Assembly (NCBI RefSeq): GCF_000315625.1 | Contig: NW_005434651.1 | Span: 727,313-791,312, forward strand | Reading direction: 5' to 3' | Origin: Guillardia theta CCMP2712 | Lineage: Eukaryota; Protista; Cryptophyta | DNA: 64,000 nt | Shown: positions 1 to 12,937 of the stretch, piece after piece | How the letters are laid out: each line of letters starts with the position of its first letter | How positions within the stretch are numbered: the stretch's first letter is position 1 | Notes under the pieces: model-generated | Database searches by the model: none | What the model was told of the DNA's origin: nothing | The model's input: the letters and a program-made list of their open reading frames with translations, nothing else | Position numbers and translations under genes: made by a program

Positions 1-3000
1 CTCTTGATTCGGGCACCCTCGACGTCGTAGTCTATGATGACGCTATCGCGAGCCCCGACAGTCTGCTGAACAGCAAAGCCACCTGGTGGTACCTGTTCCC
101 GGAGAGCTTCCTTCGGTTGGGCCCCGGTCAGTCCTCTCTCTCCCCTCCTCCTTCCTATCTGTCGTCTCCCGCCTCTCCCTCTGTCTTCTCCCTCCTTCTC
201 CCCCTCAGTGATGGGACGGTGAAGCTGGAGCTGCAACCTGTGAGAGCAGAGCTATGCGCACCTCGCAGCTGCTTATCCTCCCCTTCATCCTCCTCTCGCT
301 CCCCTGCCTCCCAACGGAAGTGACAGAAGAGCAGCAGCGACGAACCCGACATGTAACCTGAGCTCTCTCGTTCCTCTCACTTCGTTCACCGCCTCTCGCA
401 GCATCATCAGCACCCGCTGCGGATCGAAGCTTGGTCTCTTCGGAGCGGTGAAAAGTCTGCCTGCCTCCCTGCCTCCCTCCCTCCTCCTCCCTCTCTCCTC
501 CTCCCTCTCTCCTCCTCCCTTTTGTCCCTCTTTCTCGACCGACCCTCTCCCATCCAGGTTACCCCCGGCCGAGTCGTGCGCACTGCGACCTGTCTCAACT
601 TCCTCCCCTCCTCCAAGTGGTTCCTCATCAGCAAGAGGAACTCCGGATACCTCAAGCTCCGTCCGGCCTCCGAGCAAGATCTCGTCGGAGCTCTCTGGCA
701 CATTGCTGGTAGACTCGAGAGCTTCTCCTGCCTCTCCAGCTCCCTCACGTTCCCTTGCAGGCCTTCAGCTGAGAGGGAAGTACTACCGAGGGGAGGAGAG
801 GACCCGCCTCTCTCAAGTGTCCTTGCAGCTTCTACCGGGCAGCAGGACCACAGCTGGAGGGGAGATCTTTGGATGCTGCAGGAATGGGACGTCGAGGCTC
901 TGCTCCCGGGCTGCTGGAGAGTCAGTCTGCAAGGGGGAGGGAGGAAACGGTCAGGCAGCGACGGGGAATGTTGACAGGAGAGACTGGGACGACGGGCGAT
1001 GGCCCAAGGAGGGGGCGGTATCGTGCCCGACAGTCTCATCGTGGCAGCCGAGAATCTCGAGCTTCTGGCCCAGGAGGGGCCGAGCTGGAGGGGGAGGGAC
1101 CCTAACAGTCTACGGGGAGAACTTCGGTCTGTACGGCAGCCGCCCTCTGATCCGGGTGGGGCAGGAGGAAGCCAAGTGCGGGTACCCTCTGTCGCAGTGG
1201 ACGGCAGGGAGCGCGCCCTCTGACCCGATGCTCCTCCCCTCGCACTGCAGGGACGGGCTGCTCAACGGGGGAGAGGATAAGGTAGACTGCGGAGGGGCCG
1301 ACTGCCAGCCCTGTCAGCTCATGCAGCTCAACGAGCACTGTAGCGATGGGGTCCAGAACTTCGACGAGACTAAGGTGGATGAGGGAGGAAGGGACTGTCT
1401 GCCCGAGCATTGCTTCACAGCTGCTGTCGGGGACGAGACGGGAAACAACTGCGGAGGGTCCTGTCAGGTACGTCCAGCTCTTGCCTTGCTCGATTCCAGC
1501 TGAAGTCCCTGTCCCTCCCTCCCTCCCTCCCTCCCTCTGCTGTTTTCCAGCCGTGCAACCCAGCCAGGCAGGATGTCTCCCCGCAAACTTCAGTCCTCCT
1601 TTGCAGCATCCCACCAGGCACGATGGCTCGAGAGCCCCTCCAGGTCGCCATCCCGCAGGGCGAAGTCGGACACGTCATGCACACCTCCTGCGCCTCCTAT
1701 CTCTCAGCTGGGGACCTCCTTCAGTACGGCAGCGTGGAGATGAAGTGGTCCAGCTTCTTGAAGCCCTTGACCGACACCTCCCAGCTGCAGGCCAGCTCGC
1801 TGGCCGTTGACACCGTCACGGGGGCGATCTTCGTCTCCGGCTCCCTGCTCGGCTCGATGGCCACAGGGACCACGAGGGGGGTCAGCTCGTTCCAGCTGGG
1901 GGAGGTCAGGGAGGCAGCTGGGGGGAGGAGCTGCTCTGCGGCTCTTCTACCGGGGGTTGTCGGGAGTTTTCTCGCTCGTTTCGAAGCCTCCGGCAGCTGC
2001 TCGTGGCTGACAACAGCCGAGCCCTTCACGTGCGTCTTCTCCGGTGACTGCACAGATGGAAGGTAGAGCTGCTGCTGCTGCTGCCCTCCTCCTCTTCTTG
2101 CTTCTACTTCTTCCTGTCCTTCCTGCTCTCCCTGCATCTGCTGCGGCTGCGGCTTCTTCTTGCTCCTGCTCTACACGCCCTTCTCGCATACCCAAAATTC
2201 ATCCTCCTGTTCCTCCTTCGCTTTCTCCTCCTCCCCCTCCCCCTCCTGCTCTGTCTTCCTCTCCCCTCTTCCCCTCCTCACTGTCACCTCAGGCTGCAAG
2301 ACGGAGGGAGTCTCAGCCTTGACGACCTTGTCCTCTACTCGACGCCGAGCGGGAGGAGGAGGCTCATCCTCTCCGGCGTCTTCGCCAAGTCTCCCGCCAT
2401 CCTCTACAACGTCGACCCCGTCACAGGGCTCAGCATGAAGCAGTCAACAGCCCCTTCCTGCCCTTCACCCGTCTACAGGGTGGCTGACCCGAACTCCCGC
2501 CCCTCCTGCTCCTCCATGCGCATCGATCGGAGCTTCCCTTCCTCCAGCGGCTTCATCGCGGTCTTCACGGACACCGGCATCCTCGAGCTGCTCGTCCAGG
2601 GCGTCGCCTCCTCCTCCTCCTCTTCGGCAGCTCTTCCTTCCCCCCTGATGCTGACGCTCTCCCCCGCTAACGTCATGCAGCCTCCTCCTCCCCTCGTCTC
2701 CTCCTTTCCTCAAGGAACCGTCGGATCCCTCCTCTACTTCGCTGGTACCCTCAGCGTTCGCGCGAGCTCGACTCTGGTCAACATCTCCTTTCCCCAGCTC
2801 AACTTTCAGTCCTCCCAGTCCTTCGCGGCAGCCGTCGCCTCCCTCCTGCCCTCCTCCGACTCTTCCGTTGGCTTCGTGGGAAAGGCCTTCTTCACCGAGT
2901 CCTCCTTCCTCCTCCTGTGGGTTCGCTTCCTCTCAGATCTTGGCGCGCAGTCAGGCGTCAACCGCGTCAAGTCGTTCTCTGCCTCTTCCTCCTTCCTCGT

Positions 3001-4199
3001 CCTCTCCGCCACCTTCGGCCCTCCACCCTCCTCTTCCGTCAAGACTGTCAGTGTAGAGAGCTGCCAAGGAGGGATACCCGGCATGAGCGTGTTCTGTGCA
3101 GGAGGAGGAGGAGGAGGAGGAGGAGGAGGTCAGCTTCTTAGCTTTTCTCTGGCGGAGAGCTTCACCTACGATGGACCGGCAGGAGGATACAACAGCCTGG
3201 TGATCTGCTTCAACGAGGACGGCAGCATTGCCTGGAGCAAACGGCTGAGTCAGATGATCGTGATTTCCTCCTCCTCCATCTTCGAGGGCGTTCGCTTCCT
3301 CCGCAACCGCCCGGAGTTCACCAGCGACGCCTCCTCCGTCCCCTTCTACGCACCGAGCATGGAGGAGGCGGTCAGGAGGTACGGGGAGGAGGCGATCGAC
3401 TTCACTGCCGTCACCTTCGTCGTGGTTGCGGGCACCCTGGGATCGAGCGGGAGCAGCGAGCAGAGCTCGGTCTCAGCTGACTTTGGGGTGACGCGGCAGC
3501 CGCTGGGCTGCAGCAGGAGGTTCAAGGTGGGAGAGCAGGGAGGAGCCCCCGCATCAGAACCTTGCAGCGGCTTCCTGCGGCCGCAGGGGACGGGGTCGGA
3601 CTCGTTCCTGGTCAAGTACGAGGTCTCGTCGGGGCTGCCGGAGTGGGTGAAGCTGGTTGGGAGTGCGAATCAGCGGGAGGAGGTGACGACGGTGAAGGTG
3701 AAGGAGGAGGACGGGAGCATCGTAGCTGCGGGAACCATGGTCACTCCGTTCCTCTCCTTCTCCCCTGGTGTTGCTCTGGATGTGTTCGGGATGGTGAGGA
3801 GCGGGAGGCCCAACGCTGCAGGATGCAACGCGGTGTATGGGAACGCAGCGATCATGAAGGCGGACACTGCGAGGTAGGGGAGGAGAGGAGGGAGGGGAGG
3901 GAGGGGAGGGAGGGGAGGGAGGGAGGGAGGGAGGGAGGGAGGGAGGNNNNNNNNNNNNNNNNNNNNNNNNNNNNNNNNNNNNNNNNNNNNNNNNNNNNNN
4001 NNNNNNNNNNNNNNNNNNNNNNNNNNNNNNNNNNNNNNNNNNNNNNAAGGAGAGGAAGGAAGGGAATGGTTGAAGGACTTGGAAGGGAGAAGATGCAGGT
4101 AGCGGGGACAGTGGAAGGGGAGACGGAAGGATGTGGATTGGTGGTTGATGAGGAGAGGAGAATGCGAGAAGTGAAATGCTGCGGCGTGCGGCTGCGGCA

Positions 4200-4270
<71 letters not shown>

Positions 4271-5459
4271 TGATGATGATGATTTATGATGATGATGAGG
4301 AGTAGGGAGAGGAGTTTCACAGACAACCTGACGTTTTCGTGACCTCGTCGACAGAGTGATGGGCTGGGAGCTAATCAACTTTCTCAACAACCTCGTCGAC
4401 ATCCCCGCACGCTTTCTCTCCCCAGGCGCCTCCTCCTGCCTCCTCGTCCCTCAGGCCCCCAGCAGGAGTGTAGGTGAAGACTGCAGACTTTCTTGCCCCT
4501 CCTCTGACGTCTTCTGCGTTTCTCTTTCCTTCCTTTCTCTCCCTCGCTCCCTCGCTCCTCTCCTCTGCCCTCCCTGTCATACCCTCTTCCTCCCACCTCG
4601 AAGGATTTCTCCTCAAGGTGAGAAGCTTGTTTGATCTGCGACCGAAAGTCTCAAGTCTGTCAGATCGTCGACGGCCTTCGACCTGTCGTTGTCAGCAATC
4701 AAGGTGCCTTCTCCTCCCCTGCCGTCTGCCTCTCTGCCTCTGCCTTCCTACCACCACCTCCCGCTCTCTCCCAAAAATCATTCCCTCCTCTCATTCCCCT
4801 CCCTCCCTCCCTCCCTCCCTCCCTCCCTCCCTCCCTCCCACTTATCTCCTTTCCTCCCCCTCGTCTCCTCCCCCCTCGTCTCCTTCCCTCCTCTCACTCC
4901 CCCTCTCCTTTCCATTCCCTCTTCCTCCTCGTCCTCTTTCACCGTCTGCACGCAGACGGCATCGAGTGGGAGGAGTGGATCCCAGCAGAGCACGGGAGCT
5001 GGAGCAACTGGAGCCCTCCTAGGACGTGCTCGTGAGTCGATCTTTTCGCTCCCTTCAGATGCTGAGAAGCAGGCAGGAGGGCGAACTTTCAGGACCAGTG
5101 GGAGGTACTGGGTTGCTCTGCTGACGGCCTTGTCTGGGCGAGGTAATTTCCTCCCTCCTCCCTCCTCCTTCTCCATCCCTCACTTCCCTCCTATCCCCAT
5201 CGTTTCCCCGTCTTCCTCTCCCCCCTCCTCCTCCCCCCACCCTCTCCCTCTCTCCTCTTCCTCCTCCTCTCTCCCTCTTGATCTTGTGACAGTCTGAGCA
5301 GGACGATAGCTACGGGGAAGAACATTATGAGCCTCCAGGAGGTCCTTCCAGCCTCTTCAAGACCTTCCTGACCCTCTCCCAGTCGTCCGTCCCCGTCCTG
5401 TCCACCAGCAAAGATGACATATGTTGAGCTCTTTCCCCACCCCAATCCCCCTCCCCCAA

Positions 5460-5534
<75 letters not shown>

Positions 5535-5542
5535 CTTGCTCT

Positions 5543-5587
<45 letters not shown>

Positions 5588-6079
5588 TCCTGTTCCTGTT
5601 CCGTCGTTTTCTCTCTTCTGTTCCTTCCTTCCCTTTGTTCATTCCCAACTCCTTTCCTCTTCCTCTCCCCCCTCTCCCTTCCCCCTTCTTCTGGCTCTTG
5701 CTCTCTCTTCCTCCTTCTCTTCCTCGTGCCATCGTCCTAACTTCCTCGCAGTCTTCGCCAGTGACATCGCGGGCTTTCAGGCCTCGACCGGCGGCTTTCA
5801 GCCTGACGACCTTGCGCCTGATGTCAACGGAGGTCAGATCATTCGCTCGTTGCTTCCGTTACTGATGCTTCCGTTACCCTCTCATCCTTTCAACTCTAAC
5901 TAAACCCTGTCATCCTGTTGTTCTCGTCTTTTCTTGTGATTGTTTTCATGGATTTGTTTGCTTCTTGTTTGCTGCTGTGCCTTGTCCTCCCCCCTGTTGC
6001 TCTGATTGAGACGCTCTCAGGGTTCTTTCTCTCCTCCACCTCTCAACTTGCTTCTGTCCTGACGGTTCTTTCCGAATGA
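1..6079 (+). CDS. Large multi-exon extracellular/surface-type protein, 5'-partial (LamG-like segment, IPT/TIG domain, Cys-rich CxDGxxN-DCGG repeats, beta-propeller-like region)
   Basis: Exon peptides: HSWRGDLWMLQEWD (LamG-like); PRISSFWPRRGRAGGGGTLTVYGENFG..PLIRVG (IPT/TIG); HCRDGLLNGGEDKVDCGGADCQPC, HCSDGVQNFDETKVDEGGRDC and HCFTAAVGDETGNNCGGSC; DSFLVKYEVSSGLPEWVKLVG (propeller-blade-like). GT-AG introns lie between ORFs. The 3' end is approximate and the gene spans an N-gap. Confidence 0.6.
4200..4297. repeat. (GAT)n microsatellite, intronic
   Basis: Tandem GAT run. Confidence 0.95.
5461..5600. repeat. (CTG)n followed by (GCTCCT)n microsatellite, intronic
   Basis: Tandem runs. The same hexamer recurs at ~38711-38895, ~39765-40015, ~46357-46471 (reverse strand) and ~53020-53125. 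Confidence 0.95.
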
Positions 6080-6100
6080 GCTTGGAGATGTACTCTAGAC

Positions 6101-6170
6101 ATGAAATATCTACTCTCAACCTGAAATATACATTCTTAACTTGAAATATACACTCTGAATTTGAAATCTC
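6101..6170. repeat. Degenerate ~20-bp tandem repeat (TGAAATATACACTCT-like core, about 4 copies) between convergent genes
   Basis: tgaaatatctactctcaacc / tgaaatatacattcttaact / tgaaatatacactctgaatt / tgaaatctcc. Confidence 0.7.
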
Positions 6171-6221
6171 CCAACCATCCTTCGGGAAAGTCGACTGAAG
6201 GCCGTCAGACTTCCTTTGACT

Positions 6222-6282
6222 TCAATGCAACTCAACGCCTTCCCTGTCCGCATTGTGCTCCAGCAGCACCCGAGCCACCTGA

Positions 6283-6326
<44 letters not shown>

Positions 6327-7410
6327 GCATAATCATCATCGTCGTCGTCGTCATCGTCATCATCGTCGTCAAAAACATCATCATCATCGTCACCATCGTC
6401 ATCATCATTATCAATATCGTCATCAAAACATCATCATCATCATCACCACCACCACCACCACCACCACCATGATCATCCTTTCACACATCACATCGCTCTC
6501 ACGTCAAGATTTCCGTAGCTCATCGCTGAGTTCAGCGCCGAGCATCCTTTCTTGTCTGCCGCGTTCACATTCGCCCTGCTGTCGATCAGCAGACGTGCGA
6601 CCTCGACCGACCCGAAGATGCAGGACAGCATGAGTGCTGTCTGTCCTGTCGCGTTCTTCCCTTCCACGTTCGCGTTCCTCGCCACCAGGGTCCTCACCAC
6701 GCCTCCATGCCCCATCCTCGCCGCCACGTGCAGGGGCGTCCAGCCGTTGGCCTTACACGCGCGGAGGTTCGCCTTGGCATCCAACAGGCTCTTGACCACC
6801 TGCAGCAGGAGCATCTCAGCCCTCCACAGGCTCGCCATGTCGAGCAGCCTCTTCAGCTCACCCCTTCATCCCCCTGCTTCGCCGCCAGGTACAGCACGCT
6901 CTCATCGTAGACCTGAACGTCAACTCGCGCTGAGGCCTCCAGCAGGGCCTCAACTGTCTTCACGTGCCCGAACTTCGCTGCGAGGACCAGGGAGGTGGTT
7001 CCGTTGGCGAGCCCCTGCTCGATGTCCGCCTGCGCCCTGAGCAAGCTCTGCACGACAGTTGCATGTCCCCGGTGACTCGCAGCCATGAGCGCGCTCAATC
7101 CTGCTCGGTCCACTGCATGGAGTTCAGCTCCACACGCTACCAGCAGGTCAACAGCATCCTTGTCTCCGTTCCATGCTGCCTGCGGCAGGATGCCTTTGCC
7201 CTTTGCCGACCGGAGGAACTGTTCCACACGAAGCCTTCCTCCCTTCCTTGCTGCCGCCACCAGCTCAGGGAAGTCCCGCTCCCGGACGGATCGCAACATG
7301 GACGCAACAAACGCCTTCCTCTCCATGTTCTCCGCCGTCTCACGCGCCAGTGCCAGCATGAGCTCCTCCACTTCTCGTCGCCCTGCCTCGCTGATCTCCT
7401 CTTCCTCCAT
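6222..7410 (-). CDS. Ankyrin-repeat protein (3 exons)
   Basis: Repeats GLSALMAASHRGHATVVQSLL, GTTSLVLAAKFGHVKTVEALL, GWTPLHVAARMGHGGVVRTLV and GQTALMLSCIFGSVEVARLLI. Last exon VARVLLEHNADREGVELH* follows a microsatellite intron. Confidence 0.9.
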
Positions 7411-7554
7411 GTCGCTTTCACCGGTCCCGCTGGTACAACGGTTCAACGGCTAGTCATTCCGAAGTTCCCTCTCTAGGTTCTGGCCCTGGCACAGTGTCAC
7501 TGGCAACACCCGGTCCGAGCCTCTCCGGGCCCGACGGACTCCGGGAGAGACCGT

Positions 7555-8100
7555 GTACGGTCACAAACCTTTTACTCAAAGTTAAGTTACCCGTTTGAAC
7601 GATGACGGCAGCGCCGCGAAGGAGAGGGAGGCCTAAGTTGACTCCTGTTCAACTGGTTCCGAAGTTCCGACGTCGGGTTTATCAGGTTAATTGTTACTAA
7701 GTTGAGTTCAACTACCGTACGTGGCACTCAGTACTGGTGGCCCAGCGGCCCGCGTGGCAGAGCTGACTCAGAACGGTGACTGACTCAGTCATGAGGCTGA
7801 TCATGAGTGCTCATGATTACCTGACTCTTTACTCAAAGGCAAGTTAAGTTAAAGATCAGTACGAGGACAATCAGGAGAGTCGAGGATTACCCCGGTGAGT
7901 TCTGATTTAAGTTAACTTTGAGTAAAGATCAAAAAAGTTGGAGCCTTCAAGGGCCAAGGGGGTAAACTGAGGGGCCCCGGGGAGATACCCCGGAGATACA
8001 GGGTCAGCTCGTGTAAATGTCTTTACTACTGCCCCCCCCGGTAAAGCACGACACAGGAGCAAAAGTGGATCGCCGCAATTCCGCCCCTTTGACTCAGTGG
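7555..8100. promoter_or_regulatory. Divergent promoter region with repeated TTTACTCAAAGTTAAGTT-like elements and TGACTCA heptamers
   Basis: Element copies at 7571-7588, ~7828-7864 and inverted at ~7907-7926. TGACTCA at 7764, 7781 and 8090. Lies between the ankyrin (-) and RWP-RK (+) starts. Regulatory function is inferred. Confidence 0.45.
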
Positions 8101-9001
8101 ACAGCCTAGCAGGGTACCGGGTACTGAGGTGCTGGGAAGCAGTAGGAGGAGGGGGTAGAGGTCGCACCCGGCACCCCCCAGCCTAATGGTACGGTCACAA
8201 AAGGTCGCCGCTATATGAGGCCTCAAGGAGTCGCTGAATACTGCACCAGATGCGACCCCGTGCCCCTTCGGCACTGCTGGGCCTCAAACACGGATCTCGG
8301 CCCCTGTAGGGGTCAACTTGCAGATTTCTATAAGTGAGATCATATGTTCAGAGCCAATAGGTCACTAGTGGCAGTCAGGTCCACTGGGACGTGCCAGCCA
8401 GTCTGGCGATTGAAACTCCGACGGTGCCGAGGCCAACTACACTTTTAAAAATCGCTCATATCTCAGGATGTGAGCGGTACTGCATCATTTTAAAAGTGAT
8501 ATTGTTTTTTTCAATTTGTACCAATGTCGGCTATATATATTTTCATGGTACAGAAGCTGTCTGGTACGCATTCCCTTCTCGTCCTTCGATCGGTCGTGCC
8601 ACGTATCACAAACAGGCTGCGCTATGGACCCTTCACCCCCTCCGGACCACCCCCTCCTCCAACCACCCCCCATGAAATCGAGGCCCTCTTACTATACCAC
8701 CCACCCTCGAAAGAGAATTCCTGGCAAGGAGATTCAACGAGATTTCTTTTTTTCCCAATTTACAATAATAGATAAATGTAATATAAAATACGAACTGTGC
8801 CAGCCGCCCCTCATAACTTGGGTCCCGCCCTCCCCTCCAACGCTCCCGTCCCGCCCTCCCGCCCTCCCGCCCTCTCCTCCTGCGCTATCGTCAGATCTTG
8901 CTGTTTCTTCTGAGCGACACCTTCTTGTTCACATCTCAGCCCTTCCTTCGTCCGTGTTGTGCTGCAAGTTATCCAGTTCCAAAAAGCTCTCTTCAGACAT
9001 C

Positions 9002-9488
9002 ATGCACGCGTACCAAACCATCCTAACATCGAGGAGGAAGAAAACTGCCCTACTCACGGCAGATTTCATTCAAAGTCTCTTCGTTATGCGGCAGCAAGAT
9101 GCTGCCGACATGCTGGTGAGTCTCCGGGCGAGCGAATGAACTTGAGCTTCTGACGTTGCTTTCATAGGGCTTCTCTATCACAACCATGAAACACGTCTGC
9201 CGACGCCTTGGAATCCGCAAGTGGCCATACTCACGTACCCGAACAAGTCCATCACAGCTCCTTGAGGATCGCGAGAGCGCGTCTGTAGATAGTTTGGCTG
9301 AGTCGCCCACCCTGTCCTCTGCAGAAGAGCAGATCTGTTCACCAGTTCAGAGCATAGACATTTCGAGCCATCTACAGCCGTGGGATGAAGCGCTGAAGGA
9401 ATCGATGATGATGGAGGGCCATGAAAAATGGAGTGCAGAGATGGGGGAGTTGTTCAGAGATGCTCTAGAGCATGTTGACATGGTCTGA
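9002..9488 (+). CDS. RWP-RK domain transcription factor (2 exons; intron 9116-9167)
   Basis: Spliced peptide LTADFIQSLFVMRQQDAADML|GFSITTMKHVCRRLGIRKWPYSR matches the RWP-RK consensus (A..LG.S.T.LK..CR.LGI.RWP). 52-nt GT-AG intron keeps the frame. Confidence 0.9.
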
Positions 9489-10173
9489 ACGCGAAAGCGC
9501 CATAGCTACCCTGATCAAACCACCAACCACATCAGACAAACAATGTCAGTGTTGAAAGTTAGCTTTACTTGCTTGTAATTATTGTTTCGATTGCCATACT
9601 CTTGGGGATACTAATAAAAACGACAAACTGATCTAGTTTGAAGGTCAACGATCACCATCCACAACGAGGGATGCAGGGAGTTTCCGTGCACTTGAGCTTC
9701 GTTAGAAGTTATGTGCTCCTGCATTTCTGCAGTGATCCAGGCAGTATACACAGATCGACGACTCACCATGATAGATTGAACAATTACATGCAAGTGAGAA
9801 TGAGTCGCTTTACTCAAGATTGGAATGTCGCAATTGCGACAGCGGTTTCCGAGAGAAGCACAGTCCGAGTCGAGCGTATTTGTGGGGCTGGTGTTTGCCA
9901 CATGTGCTCTGAGATGAAGTTGCTACCTGGCACTTCACTGATGTCCGAGCTTTCAGACGTTATTCAACGCCCATCTTGTCAATCAGATCGGTCATTGACA
10001 CTCCGGACCAGCAGCAGTTGATTTTGCCACAGCCCACTTGATGGAGAACAAAATTCTAATGAAATCAACAAAAACAATGCAACCTAGGGGAAGTATCGAA
10101 AGCTTCGCTAGATAAAATCTAGTTATGTGTCAGCTCGTCATGTTACAATCGAGGTCTGGACGGCGGCGAGTCC

Positions 10174-11751
10174 TCAAGCATCGTTGGAGTCCAGCAGTGA
10201 GTGCATAGCGAAGTTGGGTGTGCTTGTCTGGACAGCACTGGTGAAGCATCGGAGCCGTCAGATTCACGGATGTGCCAGTAGACAGCAAGGTAGCACCTTG
10301 ACGATGACGGCTGGACCCAAGTTCCCCAGGGGCCCGAGGGATGGCTGGGGTCCATTAGCGCCTCCGCCTCAGACTCGCCTCCTGGCCATGGCCGGCAGGT
10401 CAGGCATGCCGGGAGGCGGCGGATACACTTCACCTGTCATGCTCTCCTTCAAGCTTCCAACAAAGTTCCCAGCCTTCTGAACGCCAGCTGTCAGCAAACC
10501 ATGGACGCAATGGCTATCCTCGCACCTGATCCTTCTTGCCCTGGGAGTGGGAGGGTGCCGGGAAGCCGAGGTCAACTGCGCCGGAGGAGGAGTGCTGGCG
10601 TTGTCAATCTGTCAGTTCGGAAGGATGCCGAGACATCAAATGTCACTTTGGCTGAGTTTCGCCTCTGGCCCGATGCAGTCAAGGCAGGGAGGCCCAGGTC
10701 AACCGCGGCGCTGGTCGATCCTGATGGCTGCTGACGCCATCAACGTCAGCGTCTCAGGGAGGATTCGCTGACGAAGAGAACCTTCCTTGCCCCCTTGGAG
10801 TTGGAGAGATGCGGTAGCCCGAGATCGATGTCGTGACCTGTGTCGTGTCTGTTCGATTTCTGTCTCCCCATCACTTTCCTTGGAAGCAACCTGCACTTCT
10901 TACCTTGGCCTTCGATCCAGGATCGACCCACACGCCCCAAGGGCCTGAGGGATGCGATGGGTCCTCTAGTGCCTCAGCATACGAATCTTCGTTGAGATCC
11001 TTCACCGAGAACAGTTGCTGCTTTGTAACCTAGTAAAGCAGTCATAGAAGGAGCGCAAGAAAACATGGGAGTTGGTGCTGTGAAAACATGGGAGTTTAGA
11101 GGCAAGCAGTGTTATCGTGATGCAGGAAAGCGCCAAAAAGATAGCTGTTCTCTACCGGATCATTCTTTGCTGGCTTGGATTTCAACGAGGCTGACGGTTT
11201 GGAATCTTTGAAGTAGTACATGGAAGGAGGATAGTAAGAGAACGTGTCCATCACGTCAGCAACAGGGTCGAAGCGTGAATATCTAGCCTCCTCAGGCATG
11301 TAGTAGCCATGCGTCGCCAGCCATAGCTCTCTCTGTCTCCTCCATGAGCTCCTCTGCCTCTCCAGGATGTAGGCATACAGATCCCTCTCTGCACGCTTCT
11401 CCTCCACCTTGCGCCTGTACTGCTCCTGGGCCCATCCCTGCTGCAGCGCATAAGGCAAGAGCGACCTGGCATACTCCCTCTGCACGCTGTAACTGTCAGG
11501 ATAGATCGGAGTCATCCCGTCTTCCCACAGGGGATACGGCTGCACGAGATAAAGTAAGCTCCCCTCATCCTCCTCCTCCATCTCATCACCTCGCCGTAGT
11601 ACTGTGGCCGGTATCCATACCCTCTAGGCGACCAAAGGCGCTCACCCAGGACAGTCTCTCTTCCTCTCCAGCTGAATGCCACCAACATGCCCAGCACTAG
11701 CGCCGCTCCTCCCCCAACTGCCGCCGCCATCCCAGCCCGGGCCCTCGCCAT
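10174..11751 (-). CDS. Hypothetical N-terminally anchored protein with internal repeats (about 9 short exons)
   Basis: N-terminal hydrophobic segment AAVGGGAALVLGMLVAFSW, then a Tyr/Pro-rich region. GT-AG splicing gives an open frame containing 2x AEALxDPSHPSGPWGxWVxP and 3x (V/I)DLG(L/F)P, ending SLLDSNDA*. Confidence 0.65.
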
Positions 11752-11849
11752 GTCCAAGAGCCGTCTACTGGTCATCCATCTCCTGCGGACTTCAACGGTT
11801 TTATTCTGAGGGGAACTTGTTTTCCCCTCCTCGTCAGGCCTCATTGGAG

Positions 11850-12200
11850 AAGGGGTAGGGGTAACAATCATAGGGGTACTGAGCAAAGATATAAGTTTGG
11901 GCGCAATTCCTAGGGGGTATTTACTACAAAATACCTTCAGAAAATGGTGGGTACTTGTCAGATCGATTATATTGAGTGGGTAGGGGTACTTTTTTGTGGG
12001 TCCATTTTCCACGGGGGTTGATGTTGTAAAGGAATGGAGCCATATAAAGGGGGTGGTGAGGTATGAGGGGGTAGGGGTAGTACTTTCACCCCGTCAACAA
12101 GCACTTTATGTAAAAGTTGGGGTACAGGATTGTCAATTACGAAAAGTACCGGGTCATCTAAGGGAAGAATACTGATGTAAGAAGGGGTATAGTATTTTTG
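11850..12200. promoter_or_regulatory. GGGGTA/TACCCC-rich divergent intergenic region
   Basis: GGGGTA at 11852, 11858, 11873, 11914, 11983, 12068, 12074 and 12184, between gene starts at 11751 (-) and 12938 (+). Confidence 0.45.
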
Positions 12201-12937
12201 TGGGGGGCGTTTCTGTTTACAAGGGGTTGAAAGCTGTCGGCTAGGGGGTGGGTGCTGCAAACAGTGCGTCATGAAAGGGGTCACAGCGAATGCCGGGGGG
12301 GAAATGGCTGAAGGGTGGAAAGGCGAGGGGAAGGGAAGGACAAGAAGGAAGATGATGGAAACGTGAGAGAGGATAACGGGAAAATGAATGAAGAGGAGGA
12401 AGGATGCATTGTTTGAAATGGGAAGGAGAGAAAGAAGTTTGTATGTGCATGAGGTAGGGGTTGACAAGGAGCAAGTATTTGAGGAACGGGCCATGGGTTG
12501 TAAAGGACGGAGGAGATGAGATATTGAGGAAGGAGATAGATTCTTGAACAAAAAGTGTAAGATCCCCTTTCTCATCAACCTGGGAAACTCAAGCCTGAGC
12601 TGGTAGTTATTTGATGTGGGAACTCCCAAAGCAAATCAACGCATGGTGGGAAAATTCTACCTGTAGTCGAAGAAAAGGAAAAAGAGCATATTTTCAAGGC
12701 ATTGATCTGAGAGAATTCAGAGCTGGACCGACTCATTTGTATGTTTGCAATACACGAAATTGAAATAGTTGTAATTTCTACCATGTGACGTATAGCTGTT
12801 CCACGGAAAGAAAGCAAAGATGATCTACAATCGTTTTCTTGCTTGTTTGATTGTTATTAACCTCTTTGCAGGCTGGCAACGACGGGCTAGGACGAGGTCT
12901 GAATGAGGAGAAGGTTGCTGCGGGACAAGCGGCGGCG

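Noticed and set aside
9611-10021. Short ORFs between the RWP-RK gene and the repeat protein
   Set aside because: No recognisable motifs or consistent splice pattern. Treated as UTR or intergenic.
11059-11096. 15-bp direct repeat GAAAACATGGGAGTT as a target-site duplication
   Set aside because: Only 8 nt separate the copies, inside an intron. A local slippage duplication is the simpler explanation.
11850-12200. Interstitial telomere repeats (TAGGGG-like)
   Set aside because: The motifs are dispersed on both strands and do not form tandem TTAGGG/TTTAGGG arrays.
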